Virus record (IMG/VR): IMGVR_UViG_2974626280_000001
Coordinates: 9,169-73,168 of that record
Direction: 5' to 3' (one strand)
Source of the DNA: a virus
Taxonomy: Duplodnaviria; Caudoviricetes
Length of the DNA stretch: 64,000 nucleotides
Shown: one piece after another, positions 30,139 to 40,261 of the stretch
Numbering within the stretch: position 1 is the stretch's first letter
Layout of the letters: each line of letters opens with the position of its first letter
Translations under genes and position numbers: made by a program
Notes under the pieces: model-generated
Seen by the model: the letters and a program-made list of their open reading frames with translations, nothing else
What the model was told of the DNA's origin: nothing
Databases searched by the model: none

Positions 30139-30690
30139 TCATTTCGCCTCCACCAGCGGCATTTTGCCATCCTTCATTCGACTTGGCATGGGATAATACA
30201 TCATTTCGTATTGACCAGAATCATCGGTTTTATAGAACATGATTACGTCTTTACTGGCTAACAGCAAGTGGACGATATCTTGTCTGTCTTCAGGGTTTAC
30301 GATAAACACGGACTTGTCCCCGTTATCCCCTGGCGCGGCACTATATGTGCGGTCGATGATTCCCTGATCAAATGTATTATACCGTATCAGTACAGTTAAG
30401 TCTTTAGAATCTTTAATCTGTTTGTCGGTATCGAAATAAACGAAGTCTTTTCCACCGTTTTTCCTGATGCAAAATAGTTCGTCCTTGAACCGTTTGGCGG
30501 TAACGTTATACGCCTGAAAGCAATACATGAAGCTATTGCCTGAGTCGAAATATTTATAAAGTACAGCAGTTTCATCGTTTGGTGGATTGAACATAGCAGG
30601 CTGGTCATCCTGCGCGACGGCGACCGTGGCGGCGGTCGTAACTAACAGAGCGGTCAATGCCGCTGCTTTCATAATATCAATCGGACGCAT
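30139..30690 (-). CDS. Secreted hypothetical protein
   Basis: Signal peptide MKAAALTALLVTTAATVAVA. Confidence 0.65.
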   Translation of the reverse strand: MRPIDIMKAAALTALLVTTAATVAVAQDDQPAMFNPPNDETAVLYKYFDSGNSFMYCFQAYNVTAKRFKDELFCIRKNGGKDFVYFDTDKQIKDSKDLTVLIRYNTFDQGIIDRTYSAAPGDNGDKSVFIVNPEDRQDIVHLLLASKDVIMFYKTDDSGQYEMMYYPMPSRMKDGKMPLVEAK

Positions 30691-30854
30691 GGAAATTCAC
30701 CTTTTTGCTAGTCAATAATATTATTATACGCTATTTTGAGTGGGTGAAAAGTAAAGAAACGAAAACCCGGATTAGTCCTAGATAGCGTACACATATATTT
30801 GGATAATAGAAAAGGCGTGAAGGAGATTACCCGCACGCCTTGCCGAATTAGTGT

Positions 30855-31805
30855 TTAGTAATCGGTGGTGTCTTCCGGGAACCGGAGCGACTTATAAAGG
30901 GCGCTGCGCGGCACGTCGACGACGCCAAAATCAAAGAACTTGTACGTGACGAGCTTGCCGGGATAAGTGTCTTTCAACTCCCAAACGTGTTTACGCTCTG
31001 CCATCGTCATAGTTCCCAGGCTCACCCGGAAAGGAATTTGCTTTCCGTCTTCATCGACATACTTAGGGTTGGTCACGACGAACGCGCCAGCGTAACCCTT
31101 GCCAACTAACCCTTCAGAAGAGGTTGAGCGCTTGGTGTTTCCAAACTCATCTTCAAACGCTTCGTTGGTGTTTTCCATCATTTCGATTACTTCATGGATA
31201 ACACCTTCTTCATCGGTCCAAGGCTTATCCTTCCAGCAACTTTTATCTTTTGGGGTGCCGCGACCGTGCTTATACGGCTTAAGCCAGTCTTTTCCGTATA
31301 AGCCTTCATATCCGAGCGCGGCGGCTTCCTGCTGCATCGCTTCATAATCTGCCATTGAGTTGATTTCTCGGTACTCTACGGCACGCAGGAATGGACGATA
31401 ACCGGCCTTTTCCAGCGCTTCATTGATCACGGCGACACGACTTTGATACTGTGCATAGCGCTCACTGAAAGGGCGGCCTCCAATGGAGAAATCATCGAAA
31501 ACCCAAAAAGTGAAATCTGTTACTGCATCGGTATTCATCGCCGCCGTAGTCGCGGCCTGCATCACGTTTTTATCGTTCGGGTTGCCGTCGATGATTTCGC
31601 CGTCCAGCCCGGTCATCAGGTGAGCCACATGTCCATAGGCAACTTGAATCTGTTTGTTGCGCAGCGCCTTGCCGCTGGTACTGTTGAATCGGTCATCGTA
31701 GCAGAGACCACGGATGCCGTCGATTTTGAATGACAGGGCGCAAGGAAGTGGAACGCTGTCCATCTCTTCGCGTTTACAGCCTTTGAATGGTTTGATAGCG
31801 GTCAT
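30855..31805 (-). CDS. ATP-dependent DNA ligase
   Basis: Motif I KIDGIR, III LDGEI, IIIa FWVFD, IV EGLYGK, VI PRSALY; start moved to MTAIKPF. Confidence 0.9.
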   Translation of the reverse strand: MTAIKPFKGCKREEMDSVPLPCALSFKIDGIRGLCYDDRFNSTSGKALRNKQIQVAYGHVAHLMTGLDGEIIDGNPNDKNVMQAATTAAMNTDAVTDFTFWVFDDFSIGGRPFSERYAQYQSRVAVINEALEKAGYRPFLRAVEYREINSMADYEAMQQEAAALGYEGLYGKDWLKPYKHGRGTPKDKSCWKDKPWTDEEGVIHEVIEMMENTNEAFEDEFGNTKRSTSSEGLVGKGYAGAFVVTNPKYVDEDGKQIPFRVSLGTMTMAERKHVWELKDTYPGKLVTYKFFDFGVVDVPRSALYKSLRFPEDTTDY

Positions 31806-31860
31806 AATATGTTTCTCTGAGGTTATTAGAATAAACCCGGCCTTTCGACCGGGTAATTGA

Positions 31861-32484
31861 TCAGGCGTGGTCGTGCAGACCGTGCGCGGCGGTTGAGCTA
31901 TTAAGGCCCAGCTCTTCAACAATCCGCTCATAGTTCGCGTCATCGGACTTGACAAAGATGCCGTTATACATGACGCCTTTGCGGTCTTTGATTTCCAAAT
32001 AAGCATGCTCGACGCAATCTTCAACGCGCAGGCCGTACTCATTACAAATCAGCTGTAGACCGTAAATCATAAGCCCGATAGCAGCGTAAGCATCATCAGG
32101 GTTATTCTTCTTAATCGCGTCAGCCAACCGACCCTGGCCCATGCCCGCAATCAATAACCCGTGGTGCGGCACCTGAGTGAAAACCGCGAAGCTTTGCGAG
32201 CCGTAGATGGTCTTAATATCCAGCCCCATTTGCGCTGAAACATTGACCAGGACCACAAAGGAGTCGCCGATGGCGTCTTTAAGAGACGTCACAATCAGCT
32301 TTTTACGCTGATGAGTGTCGCTGCCGTGATACGTCCAGATTTCGTAAATGGCGGTTGAAATCTCGTTAGAGAACTCACTCACCAGCTTGACGAATTGGTC
32401 TGCGGCCTTGCCGCCGCCGATAATGTTGCGGGCTTTAGACCATTCCAGAATCAGATTGAACAGCACGAAAATTTGTGGAGTCAT
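31861..32484 (-). CDS. MazG-like nucleotide pyrophosphohydrolase
   Basis: WSKARNI...KLVSE...DAIGDSFVVL...HAYLEIKDRKG pattern. Confidence 0.8.
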   Translation of the reverse strand: MTPQIFVLFNLILEWSKARNIIGGGKAADQFVKLVSEFSNEISTAIYEIWTYHGSDTHQRKKLIVTSLKDAIGDSFVVLVNVSAQMGLDIKTIYGSQSFAVFTQVPHHGLLIAGMGQGRLADAIKKNNPDDAYAAIGLMIYGLQLICNEYGLRVEDCVEHAYLEIKDRKGVMYNGIFVKSDDANYERIVEELGLNSSTAAHGLHDHA

Positions 32485-33086
32485 TTATTGTTACCTTTAT
32501 CGGTTTTTTCGATTACCATGTCAGGCGACGTGGCGAATTTAGTGATAGCTTCAGCAGTACGGTTAGAGTCCTTAGTGGCACCAAACCAGAACGCTAACAC
32601 CTGTTTCACTTCACCAAACCACAGGCCAATCAGAGTACCTACCGTGATTGACGCAGTTGGGTCCGTTAACAGGTCTTTAGCATAACCGCTAAAAACTAAT
32701 AAGACAATACCTATTCCACCTAAAAGCATTAAAACGGTCACTGCTGGACGAATAAAATCACGCTGCTGTTGCGCGGCCAATAAACGAGCACTTGCACGGT
32801 CGCTTGCTTCGGCCTTGTACGTCTCCAGGTCGGATTGGAGGCGGTTTTGTTCAGCCTGCACGGCAAGCTTTTGCAGCTCCACTTTGGAATTCTCTTGCAA
32901 CTCCTTTAGGCGCAGGAGAGCTTCAGGATTGTTACGTAGGGCCGAATCTACACTGTCAGGCGTGTTCTCAACGCCTAACGTTGCAGAGACTACCGAACCT
33001 ATGGCAGCGCCCGCTGGCCCACCTAAAAGGCCACCGAGGATTGGAGCCGCGCCACCTATTGCCTTGCCTATGTCCGACCAATTCAT
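32481..33086 (-). CDS. Putative holin (3TM family-like)
   Basis: N-terminal GGLLGGPAGAAIG, coiled coil with DRASAR, two C-terminal transmembrane helices, FWFG. Confidence 0.65.
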   Translation of the reverse strand: MNWSDIGKAIGGAAPILGGLLGGPAGAAIGSVVSATLGVENTPDSVDSALRNNPEALLRLKELQENSKVELQKLAVQAEQNRLQSDLETYKAEASDRASARLLAAQQQRDFIRPAVTVLMLLGGIGIVLLVFSGYAKDLLTDPTASITVGTLIGLWFGEVKQVLAFWFGATKDSNRTAEAITKFATSPDMVIEKTDKGNNK

Positions 33087-33150
33087 AATGTAATCTCCAG
33101 AACGATAAAAAGGCCGCCAGATTGGCAGCCTTTGAGGGGTGATGCTTTAA

Positions 33151-34008
33151 TTAGAAGCCTTCAGCGTCCTGCGGCGTGTCTTCTACAGGTTGATCAGAAG
33201 CGGACCCGGCTTCTTTGCTGCGGTCGACGACTACAGTACCGCCAGCGACGGCGTCGTGCAGCTCTTTCGCAGCACTGTAGATGTCAGCGTTATCCACCAG
33301 ACCTTCCAGCTTGAACGACGGCACCGACCAGTTACCCTTGTCGTTTGACTGACCCTGAGTAGTCAGACGGACCATGTTCAGGAACGTTGGCGGAGTACGC
33401 AGGCCTTTGCTGGTTTGAACCTTTTTCTGCGACAGAGCTGTCATCAGAGCGCGTGACGCTTTGGTAGCGGTCGCGGCCAGAGAAAGCAGCGCCTGACCGA
33501 ATTCGCCCGTTTCAGGGTCAATGGCGATAACAAAGTGAGAACGGGTGTCGGCGTAGTAATCGGCTTTTTTCGGGTCAACTTTACCGTTTTCATCAACAGC
33601 GTAATGCTTGCCATCGATTTCGAGCACAGCGCCGGAATCAACCAGAGCTTTGAACTCTTCAACAGTAACTTCACCTTTGAAGCCGCCGTCAGCGTCGCGT
33701 GAACCCCAGCGAACGAAGCTGCGTTTGTACGCCGCAGGAACGATAACGATACCAGCTTTGCCGTCATACAGCTGCTGAGTAACGGTGTTGATCAGCATGC
33801 CTGACTTAGCGCCAGCAACGTATTTCGGGCTGTCTTCGTCAACCATCGGAGACATTTTCTGCAGCACAGCGATAAAGGGAAGGGCATATGATTCTTGATC
33901 AGCACCTTCAAAACCCTGACCAAAATCGTCCATATTGACGAATGAGCCCAGAGCGATTTCATTTTTTGCTACTTCTGCAACTTCGGTGTTTTCTTTCTTA
34001 GCGGTCAT
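33151..34008 (-). CDS. Putative single-stranded DNA-binding protein
   Basis: In the replication module; LPFIAVLQKMSP motif; acidic C-terminal tail ending in F. Confidence 0.55.
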   Translation of the reverse strand: MTAKKENTEVAEVAKNEIALGSFVNMDDFGQGFEGADQESYALPFIAVLQKMSPMVDEDSPKYVAGAKSGMLINTVTQQLYDGKAGIVIVPAAYKRSFVRWGSRDADGGFKGEVTVEEFKALVDSGAVLEIDGKHYAVDENGKVDPKKADYYADTRSHFVIAIDPETGEFGQALLSLAATATKASRALMTALSQKKVQTSKGLRTPPTFLNMVRLTTQGQSNDKGNWSVPSFKLEGLVDNADIYSAAKELHDAVAGGTVVVDRSKEAGSASDQPVEDTPQDAEGF

Positions 34009-34073
34009 GTTATAGTACCCTTTAACATAGGATTATAGGCCAATTCAACTTACTGTTGAGATTAGATAGTAAC

Positions 34074-34637
34074 TTACTTTTTGCGCTTAGGCAATACTAT
34101 TTTTGCTTCACGGAACTCAAAAACGGTCACTGAATCTGGCAGTGTTTCGCCTGCTTCAAGACGCTCTTTCACAAACGCCTTCAATGTTGCCGGATGAACA
34201 CCCTGTTTCAGCGCGGCGGTGATGTCTTCATTACGCAGCTGACCAACAACGGCATTCGCCTTGTCGATTTCGTCGCGCTCGAATTCAGCCGTCACTGTCG
34301 ACTTGATCAGGCCGCCGAAACTGTTGGCTTGGAGCCAATCGAAAAAGCGGTGCTCTTCAGACTTTTTGACACTTGCCTGAACAGCCTTGCCGATGGTGAT
34401 TTTGGTCTTGTCTTCCAGCTTAATTTCAGACAAGCCCATTTCGTCAAGAAGCTCAGGCAGCAGCATGCGGTTGATTGTAGTCAAACGCTCTTTTTTCAGC
34501 TCCAGCTCGTCTTCATGGGTTCTGATGGCTTCGTTGCACTCTTCAACTTCAGCCAGCAAAGCCAAAAGACGCTCTTTTGCTGTCCCAACGGGCTTGGCAT
34601 TATCCAAGTCGCTTTCCCAGTCAATCGTTTGACTCAT
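34074..34637 (-). CDS. Conserved replication-module protein
   Basis: Start moved to MSQTIDW (RBS AAGGAG); LPELLDEMG and VHPATLKAFVKE motifs. Confidence 0.7.
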   Translation of the reverse strand: MSQTIDWESDLDNAKPVGTAKERLLALLAEVEECNEAIRTHEDELELKKERLTTINRMLLPELLDEMGLSEIKLEDKTKITIGKAVQASVKKSEEHRFFDWLQANSFGGLIKSTVTAEFERDEIDKANAVVGQLRNEDITAALKQGVHPATLKAFVKERLEAGETLPDSVTVFEFREAKIVLPKRKK

Positions 34638-34773
34638 CACAGTCTCCTTCGCAGTAAACAGGGTTGGCGTCAGGCTCGTTACAATCCCAGCTTGACTCTT
34701 TAGCGTTAGGGCAATGGAGAGGGAATGAATATCCATCACCTTCCATCGTCTCACCACATTTCTTGCAGATCAT
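34621..34773 (-). CDS. Small Cys-rich protein (50 aa)
   Basis: Manual translation MICKKCGETMEGDGYSFPLHCPNAKESSWDCNEPDANPVYCEGDCDESND; RBS TAAGGAG; own promoter; missed by the ORF track. Confidence 0.75.
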   Translation of the reverse strand: MICKKCGETMEGDGYSFPLHCPNAKESSWDCNEPDANPVYCEGDCDESND

Positions 34774-34798
34774 GTTGATCTCCTTAGTTGGTAAAGTA

Positions 34799-34827
34799 AG
34801 TATGCCTCACAATCCTTCGTAAGGCAA
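34799..34827 (-). promoter_or_regulatory. sigma70-like promoter
   Basis: TTGCCT-17-CATACT on the minus strand. Confidence 0.6.
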
Positions 34828-34840
34828 GCTATTTAGTGAA

Positions 34841-36367
34841 TTAAAGTTTCTTACCGTCAAGCAAGTGCGCGGCAACCTGAGACTTCATCGAAAGGTTACG
34901 GTGAATCTCTTCGTCAATCGAGTCTTCCGCAACAAAGTCGACGTAGAGGACACTGTTCTTTGTGCCGATTCGGTGGTTGCGGTCTTCTGATTGCATGCGC
35001 AACTCGTTATCGTAGCCGATACTGAAGAAAATGGCCAAATCAGCGGCTGTAAGCGTAAGGCCGATACCCATTGCCGCAGGTTGTCCGACGATACATTGGA
35101 TGCCACCTTTTTCAACGGTGTTTCCCTGGAAGTCATCAATGATGAAATCGCGCTGCGTCTGCTTGGTGTCGCCGTTATAGACGGCAGTTGGTACGCCTTC
35201 AGATTCCAGCCATTCTTGCAGCTGGCGCATCTCTTCCTTGTACATAGCCCAAACGATGAACTTGCGCTCAGGCTCTTCTTCCAGCATGCCGCGCACGTAA
35301 TCTTTAAATGCTTTCATTCGCGGGTTATCTTCCGGCGCTAATAGCTGGACTTCGCCATCAACGATAATATATCCAGAAGTAATCTGTTTCATTTTAGTAC
35401 GCGCGGCAATAAGCTCAAACTGAACGTTTTCTTTCTCACCCTGATATTCCAACAGGTAAGTTAATTCCCGGTCAAGTTCGTCATAAATATCGCGCTGCTT
35501 CGGCGTCATTTCAAAGTTAATAAACTTGTAAACCTTATCCGGCAAATTAGGAAGATATTCCGCCTTTGTCGCACGGAATGAATGAGGCTCAAGCATGCGT
35601 TTAAGTTTGTCCAAGTTCTTATACATTGGACGTCCGTGCTCATCCTTTTTAGGCACCTGTGGAATGCCATAAGTTTTCCCACCAAGCTTATGGAGAATAG
35701 CCTGCATTTCAGGGTCGCCAGCTTCCAGCAATACGGTATATTCAGCATTAAAAGCGCGGAATGACTTGGTGCCCAGAATACCTTCTTTCAGGAAGTGGAA
35801 TTGCATGTACAGGTCGGATGGAGAGCGCGGCAGAGGCGTACCCGAAAGGATTCGCCGCGCCTTTGCTTTCCGCCCCAGCTCAACGACCTTTATAGAGCGT
35901 TTCGCTGTGTTATTCTTGATGCGGGTCGACTCGTCGATGGCCATCAGGCAGTCGTACGTCGTTAGCACCTTTTCGATATGGGCATAGCCAGCGGGCGTGT
36001 TTACCGTATCGATGTTGAAGGTGAAGATTCGCAATGGCACCTGGCCTTCAGGGTAATGGTCGGCAAACATCTTTTCCCACTCAGCCTTTCCCTTTTTGGT
36101 CTTGATGCGGTCGTTTCCTTTCCAATAATAGCCGATATAAGGCACTTCCAGGTGCGCAGGGCATTCGCGGCGAATCCAGTTACTATGGACGCCGTTCGGA
36201 GCTATTACCACGATGCACTCAATCAACTTGCCCTGATATAAGCGCTCACCATCGGCTAATAATTCCCATGTCTTTCCAAGACCCTGCTCAAATAAAAAAG
36301 CGAAGTTTCTTTTTCCATAACTTTTTTCAAGAGCCAGCGATTGGTGCAGCATCGGTTTTGTTTTCAT
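34841..36367 (-). CDS. SNF2-family (SF2) DNA helicase
   Basis: EQGLGKT, IDESTRIKN, LSGTP, YNGDT, MGIGLTL, QSEDRNHRIG; start moved to MKTKPMLHQ. Confidence 0.9.
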   Translation of the reverse strand: MKTKPMLHQSLALEKSYGKRNFAFLFEQGLGKTWELLADGERLYQGKLIECIVVIAPNGVHSNWIRRECPAHLEVPYIGYYWKGNDRIKTKKGKAEWEKMFADHYPEGQVPLRIFTFNIDTVNTPAGYAHIEKVLTTYDCLMAIDESTRIKNNTAKRSIKVVELGRKAKARRILSGTPLPRSPSDLYMQFHFLKEGILGTKSFRAFNAEYTVLLEAGDPEMQAILHKLGGKTYGIPQVPKKDEHGRPMYKNLDKLKRMLEPHSFRATKAEYLPNLPDKVYKFINFEMTPKQRDIYDELDRELTYLLEYQGEKENVQFELIAARTKMKQITSGYIIVDGEVQLLAPEDNPRMKAFKDYVRGMLEEEPERKFIVWAMYKEEMRQLQEWLESEGVPTAVYNGDTKQTQRDFIIDDFQGNTVEKGGIQCIVGQPAAMGIGLTLTAADLAIFFSIGYDNELRMQSEDRNHRIGTKNSVLYVDFVAEDSIDEEIHRNLSMKSQVAAHLLDGKKL

Positions 36368-36771
36368 AACTTCTCCAAATAGCTTACTATCGGCTCTTTG
36401 CCGATAATTAATGTGGCCATAGACAATAACTCGTCTTTGGTCATTGAGTCCAGAGGGTGCGACGGATTTAATAATATAAAGTCGTTTGCGACCCGAATCA
36501 ATACGAATGCGTGACCTTTCCAGTCGCGGCATTGTCTGGCGAATCCGAGTTGGCCGCGCTCGAATTTACCGCGCAAAGGAAGAGTAGAGGCCCGTTTGGG
36601 CCAATCCTCCAGGTACTTGTTTTCGAGCCAGAACATAGTGCCGTTGCGGTTTTGCCCGATGGTGTCGGGCATCGCTTCAGCTATGCTGTTCTCAATCCTC
36701 TTCAGGATCAGTTTCCGGCCCGCTGCTTTCTTCATCGGTTCGTACGTCTTCTTTTGTTCTGTCGTCGGCAT
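36364..36771 (-). CDS. PD-(D/E)xK nuclease (VRR-NUC/resolvase-like)
   Basis: IEN...MPD...FWLENK. Confidence 0.7.
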   Translation of the reverse strand: MPTTEQKKTYEPMKKAAGRKLILKRIENSIAEAMPDTIGQNRNGTMFWLENKYLEDWPKRASTLPLRGKFERGQLGFARQCRDWKGHAFVLIRVANDFILLNPSHPLDSMTKDELLSMATLIIGKEPIVSYLEKL

Positions 36772-39703
36772 GGCTTAGCACCCTTATGTTGTTGATAAAG
36801 AACATATCCAGACCGGAGAGTTTGAGCGCATTCATCATCACCCAAGAGCCTTTTGGCACGTTCTCTGCAATGTTACGACCCAGCCTTTCATAGTCCTGCT
36901 CTTTGATACGGAAGCGCATCGGCGAATCGCTCGAATCGTCAACGCACATAATATCGATGAACGCGGTTGGCCCTTCAATCCGTCCATCAGGTAAGTGATT
37001 CTTTTTAAGCACTTCTATGCCGCGCCTGTTATCCCAGCGGGTGATACCCTTTTCCAGACGCTTTTTGATGCGAATCGGTTCGTTTTGGTCTGCAACGATT
37101 TTCTTAGTTATCTTGCCGATTACCAAGCCAACTTCGCCGTCTTTAACGTCGCGCATATTCTCAGGCAGCACTTCTTTGGTACGCATCAGCGGCTTGCCAT
37201 AATCCCACATCGGCTTACCATTACTGTCTTTACGCTGCACCTTGATTAAAGTAGGCTTCTCATAGAGATGGCCGAACCGGGTGTGGGCCTCGTTAAGGTC
37301 GTTATACAGAACCTCTGCTTTCATCAGGCGGTCTTTATCGGCCTGAGTCAATACGCCGCGATTACGCTTATCGACGTACATGGCAGCCTTAGCAGGGCCA
37401 TAACCTTTGGCGTTCATGATACCGCCTACCAGACGACCGTCAGACGAAATGGTCCAGTTCATTTCGCTGTGATCAGGGTCAAGCGCGGTATAGTTAATTC
37501 CCTCTTTAGCCAGTTCACGAAGAATCGCAATGGTTTGCGTCTCATCTTTCGCTGCACGTAAACAGGCTGCGGCAAACTGTAGAGGGAAATAGCGCTTCAG
37601 GTAACAGGTCCAGTAGGTGATGATAGCGTATGATACGGAGTGAGACTTGTTAAAGCCCCATGAACCGAATGTAACCATCTCACGCCAAATCTTTTCAGCC
37701 TGGTCCTTTGGTACGCCAGACTCAACCGCGCCGCGCACGAAGTCTTCACCCTGTTGGTTGAAGTATTCCTCACCTTTACGACCAGACATCGCCTTACGAA
37801 CCGCAGAAGTCTTAACCCAGTCAAAGAGGCCAATCTCTTTAACCACGGCCATGATCTGTTCCTGGTACAGGAATACACCGAATGTTTCGTCAAGATACGC
37901 CTTCAGCTGCGGCACGTCATAGACAACCTCTTCATCGCCTTTAGAGCGTGCGATATACTTCTGAGCCATACCGGATGCGAGCGGGCCGGGCCGCGCAAGT
38001 GCTGTCAGGTTATCGATTTTACTGAAGCGGTCGATATTAACGAAGCGGGCAACAGAGCGGACGGCGTCGCCCTCAAACTGGAAAATCCCTGACATCTTGT
38101 CCTCGTTCAGGACATCTAAAACGCTTTGATCATCAAGGGTTAGCGAGTAGAGTTGTTCGATAGTTACCGCTCCAGTGTCGCCAATTATTCCAAGCGTACG
38201 CAGCCCAAGGGCATCGATTTTCAACAGGTCGAGATACTCGGAATCAGGCTTATCTATCTGAGCAATACCTTCCGCCGTAACGGTGCAATAATCTGATATC
38301 GGGTCATTACAGACGAGAATACCAGCAGCGTGAACGCCAGTGTGAGAAGGGTGAATCTCAAGGTCGCCCATGCAACGCGCGGCTTCAGGATATTGCTCAG
38401 AGAAGAGCTTGCCCGGTGTGGTCGTCGTCATTGTATCGTGCAGTCCTTTACCGTAACGCGCATCACCGGATGAATATTCAATCAGGGCGTTTTTGACGCT
38501 GTCTACAGCACCATAAGGAAGGCGAAAGCGCTTACTGACTACCGCCATCACGGAGTTAGCCTTGAGCGTGTTGATGTTACCCAGCTTTACGACGTTCTCT
38601 TTACCATACTTTTCTTGCAGGTAGTCGAACACCATATAGCGTTTGGTATCCTCAAAGTCAATATCGATATCGGGTAAATCGGCGCGGCTGATATCGATAA
38701 AGCGCTGGAAAAGCAGCTTATGGGGCAGCGGGTCTACTTCGGTAATCTCCATGCAGTAGCACACCAGAGAGCCAGCAGACGAGCCGCGAGCGGGTCCAAC
38801 GAGCATATGCTTTTTAGCGAACTTAACAAGGTCGGCAACCACCAGGAAGTAAGAATCAAATTTCTTGTTTTGAATCTGCTTGATTTCTTCCTGGAAACGG
38901 GCTTCATACTCCGGCGTCCACTCTTTGATGTGACCCGCCTTTAAGCGGTACTCCATCCCCTCACGCGCCAGCGCTACCATATCACCATCGAGGTGAATAA
39001 TTGGAGCCTTATTAAGAGCGCGGCCAGCAAGTGTTTCTGCCAGTCGAGTGGTTACGCCAATGGCGTCACAAAGCTCTTCATCGGTTGCAATACCTACCAA
39101 AGCAGATGTGTAGTCCTGCGCATCTTCAATAGTGCGCATACCTACAGATTCACGCGTTTCGAAAGCATAAGCAAAGTCTTTCTGCTCTTCTTTTGGAAGG
39201 TCGTTATATCCGGTGATGACCATTGGTTGCCCGGTTTCCCGGTGGGCCAATACGCCACGACGAGCGTGGAGCAACGACGACGGGTTGACGTCGATATAGT
39301 CGTACTGGTCAGGAGCCAGGAGAGCCAGCGCCCCGCCAGAGAATCGCACAACCCCTTCCAGCGCTCCGAACTCTTCAGGAGTCAGGCCGCCGTTCTGCAC
39401 CGCTTTGGTGGTCGCGTTATAGAACTTGCGCAGGTCGTCTGCGAGAATCCAGGCCTTTGGACGGAAGCCAAGTCCCTGTAGACGCTCGTCGTCTACCTTG
39501 ATTTGAATTTCCATCCCGAAGATGGGTTTTATATCGGCAGCCTTGCAGGCCTTTTCCCAGCGAACGTGACCCCAAGTATTGTTATCGACCATCGCGGCAA
39601 TGGGGCAATTCAACTCTTTCAGCCGCGCAATGATTTCGCCAGTACGGCCATAAACCTCTTTAAAGGTGTACGCGCTTCTTACGCGCAACTGAGGAAATGT
39701 CAT
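36692..39703 (-). CDS. dnaE: DNA polymerase III alpha-type (family C) replicative polymerase
   Basis: GPARGSSAGSL, FQRF, PDIDIDF, GVHAAG, KIDALGL, GIFQFE, YQEQIM, GFNKSH. Confidence 0.95.
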   Translation of the reverse strand: MTFPQLRVRSAYTFKEVYGRTGEIIARLKELNCPIAAMVDNNTWGHVRWEKACKAADIKPIFGMEIQIKVDDERLQGLGFRPKAWILADDLRKFYNATTKAVQNGGLTPEEFGALEGVVRFSGGALALLAPDQYDYIDVNPSSLLHARRGVLAHRETGQPMVITGYNDLPKEEQKDFAYAFETRESVGMRTIEDAQDYTSALVGIATDEELCDAIGVTTRLAETLAGRALNKAPIIHLDGDMVALAREGMEYRLKAGHIKEWTPEYEARFQEEIKQIQNKKFDSYFLVVADLVKFAKKHMLVGPARGSSAGSLVCYCMEITEVDPLPHKLLFQRFIDISRADLPDIDIDFEDTKRYMVFDYLQEKYGKENVVKLGNINTLKANSVMAVVSKRFRLPYGAVDSVKNALIEYSSGDARYGKGLHDTMTTTTPGKLFSEQYPEAARCMGDLEIHPSHTGVHAAGILVCNDPISDYCTVTAEGIAQIDKPDSEYLDLLKIDALGLRTLGIIGDTGAVTIEQLYSLTLDDQSVLDVLNEDKMSGIFQFEGDAVRSVARFVNIDRFSKIDNLTALARPGPLASGMAQKYIARSKGDEEVVYDVPQLKAYLDETFGVFLYQEQIMAVVKEIGLFDWVKTSAVRKAMSGRKGEEYFNQQGEDFVRGAVESGVPKDQAEKIWREMVTFGSWGFNKSHSVSYAIITYWTCYLKRYFPLQFAAACLRAAKDETQTIAILRELAKEGINYTALDPDHSEMNWTISSDGRLVGGIMNAKGYGPAKAAMYVDKRNRGVLTQADKDRLMKAEVLYNDLNEAHTRFGHLYEKPTLIKVQRKDSNGKPMWDYGKPLMRTKEVLPENMRDVKDGEVGLVIGKITKKIVADQNEPIRIKKRLEKGITRWDNRRGIEVLKKNHLPDGRIEGPTAFIDIMCVDDSSDSPMRFRIKEQDYERLGRNIAENVPKGSWVMMNALKLSGLDMFFINNIRVLSHADDRTKEDVRTDEESSGPETDPEED

Positions 39704-39704
39704 G

Positions 39705-40247
39705 TTAATCTCCGAATATGTCGTAAACGCCTTGTGTCTGGCAAATTTTATGAAGCATCATGATATCGTCCAATGCCCTGTGCTTCTGAGTATACTTGCC
39801 TATAAACAATTCGTAAAGCTCTTGCAGCTTCATCCTTCGACCGAATTGGGGATAGAATTGCTCAACGGTACATATTTGGATTTTAGGGAACTTCATGTCA
39901 TCCAGCGTCAGGCCGATTCGACGCGCGGCATAGTCGATAATGTTTTTATCGAACGACATGTTGTGAGCAATAATGGCTTGGCCGCGACTGATGAAATCGG
40001 CTATCTGCTCATGCTGCTCTGCAAAGGTCTTGTTGACCTCAAGGTCTTCATTCGTCAACCCGGTGAGCTTTGTGATGATTTCTTCGATGATGATTTCAGG
40101 GTTGATAATCAATTCGAGGGTGTCGATGATTTCCTTTCCATCGGTAATGATTCCCGCGAATTCAATAGGGCGCGGCTGCAGGCCAAGCGGTGCCTGATGG
40201 TGAACGGTCAGGCCAGTGGTTTCGGTATCGAATACGGTAAACAGCAT
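39705..40247 (-). CDS. DEDDh 3'-5' exonuclease (epsilon/DnaQ-like)
   Basis: FDTETTG, AHNMSFD, HRALDD; adjacent to dnaE. Confidence 0.9.
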   Translation of the reverse strand: MLFTVFDTETTGLTVHHQAPLGLQPRPIEFAGIITDGKEIIDTLELIINPEIIIEEIITKLTGLTNEDLEVNKTFAEQHEQIADFISRGQAIIAHNMSFDKNIIDYAARRIGLTLDDMKFPKIQICTVEQFYPQFGRRMKLQELYELFIGKYTQKHRALDDIMMLHKICQTQGVYDIFGD

Positions 40248-40261
40248 AATCTGCTCCTATG

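Noticed and set aside
30723-30755. TTTACT...TATAAT promoter upstream of 30139..30690
   Set aside because: The spacer is 21 bp, too long for sigma70, so it is not listed, although a promoter nearby is likely
30855-32042. ORF-track N-terminal extensions of ligase, SNF2 helicase, sheath, head morphogenesis, VOC and others
   Set aside because: They overlap upstream genes or promoters; internal ATG/GTG starts with good RBS fit the family N-termini
36692-39703. Intein or intron in dnaE (also checked terL and the helicases)
   Set aside because: Lengths are normal, frames are continuous, and no C/S...HN-C splice motifs or homing endonuclease were seen
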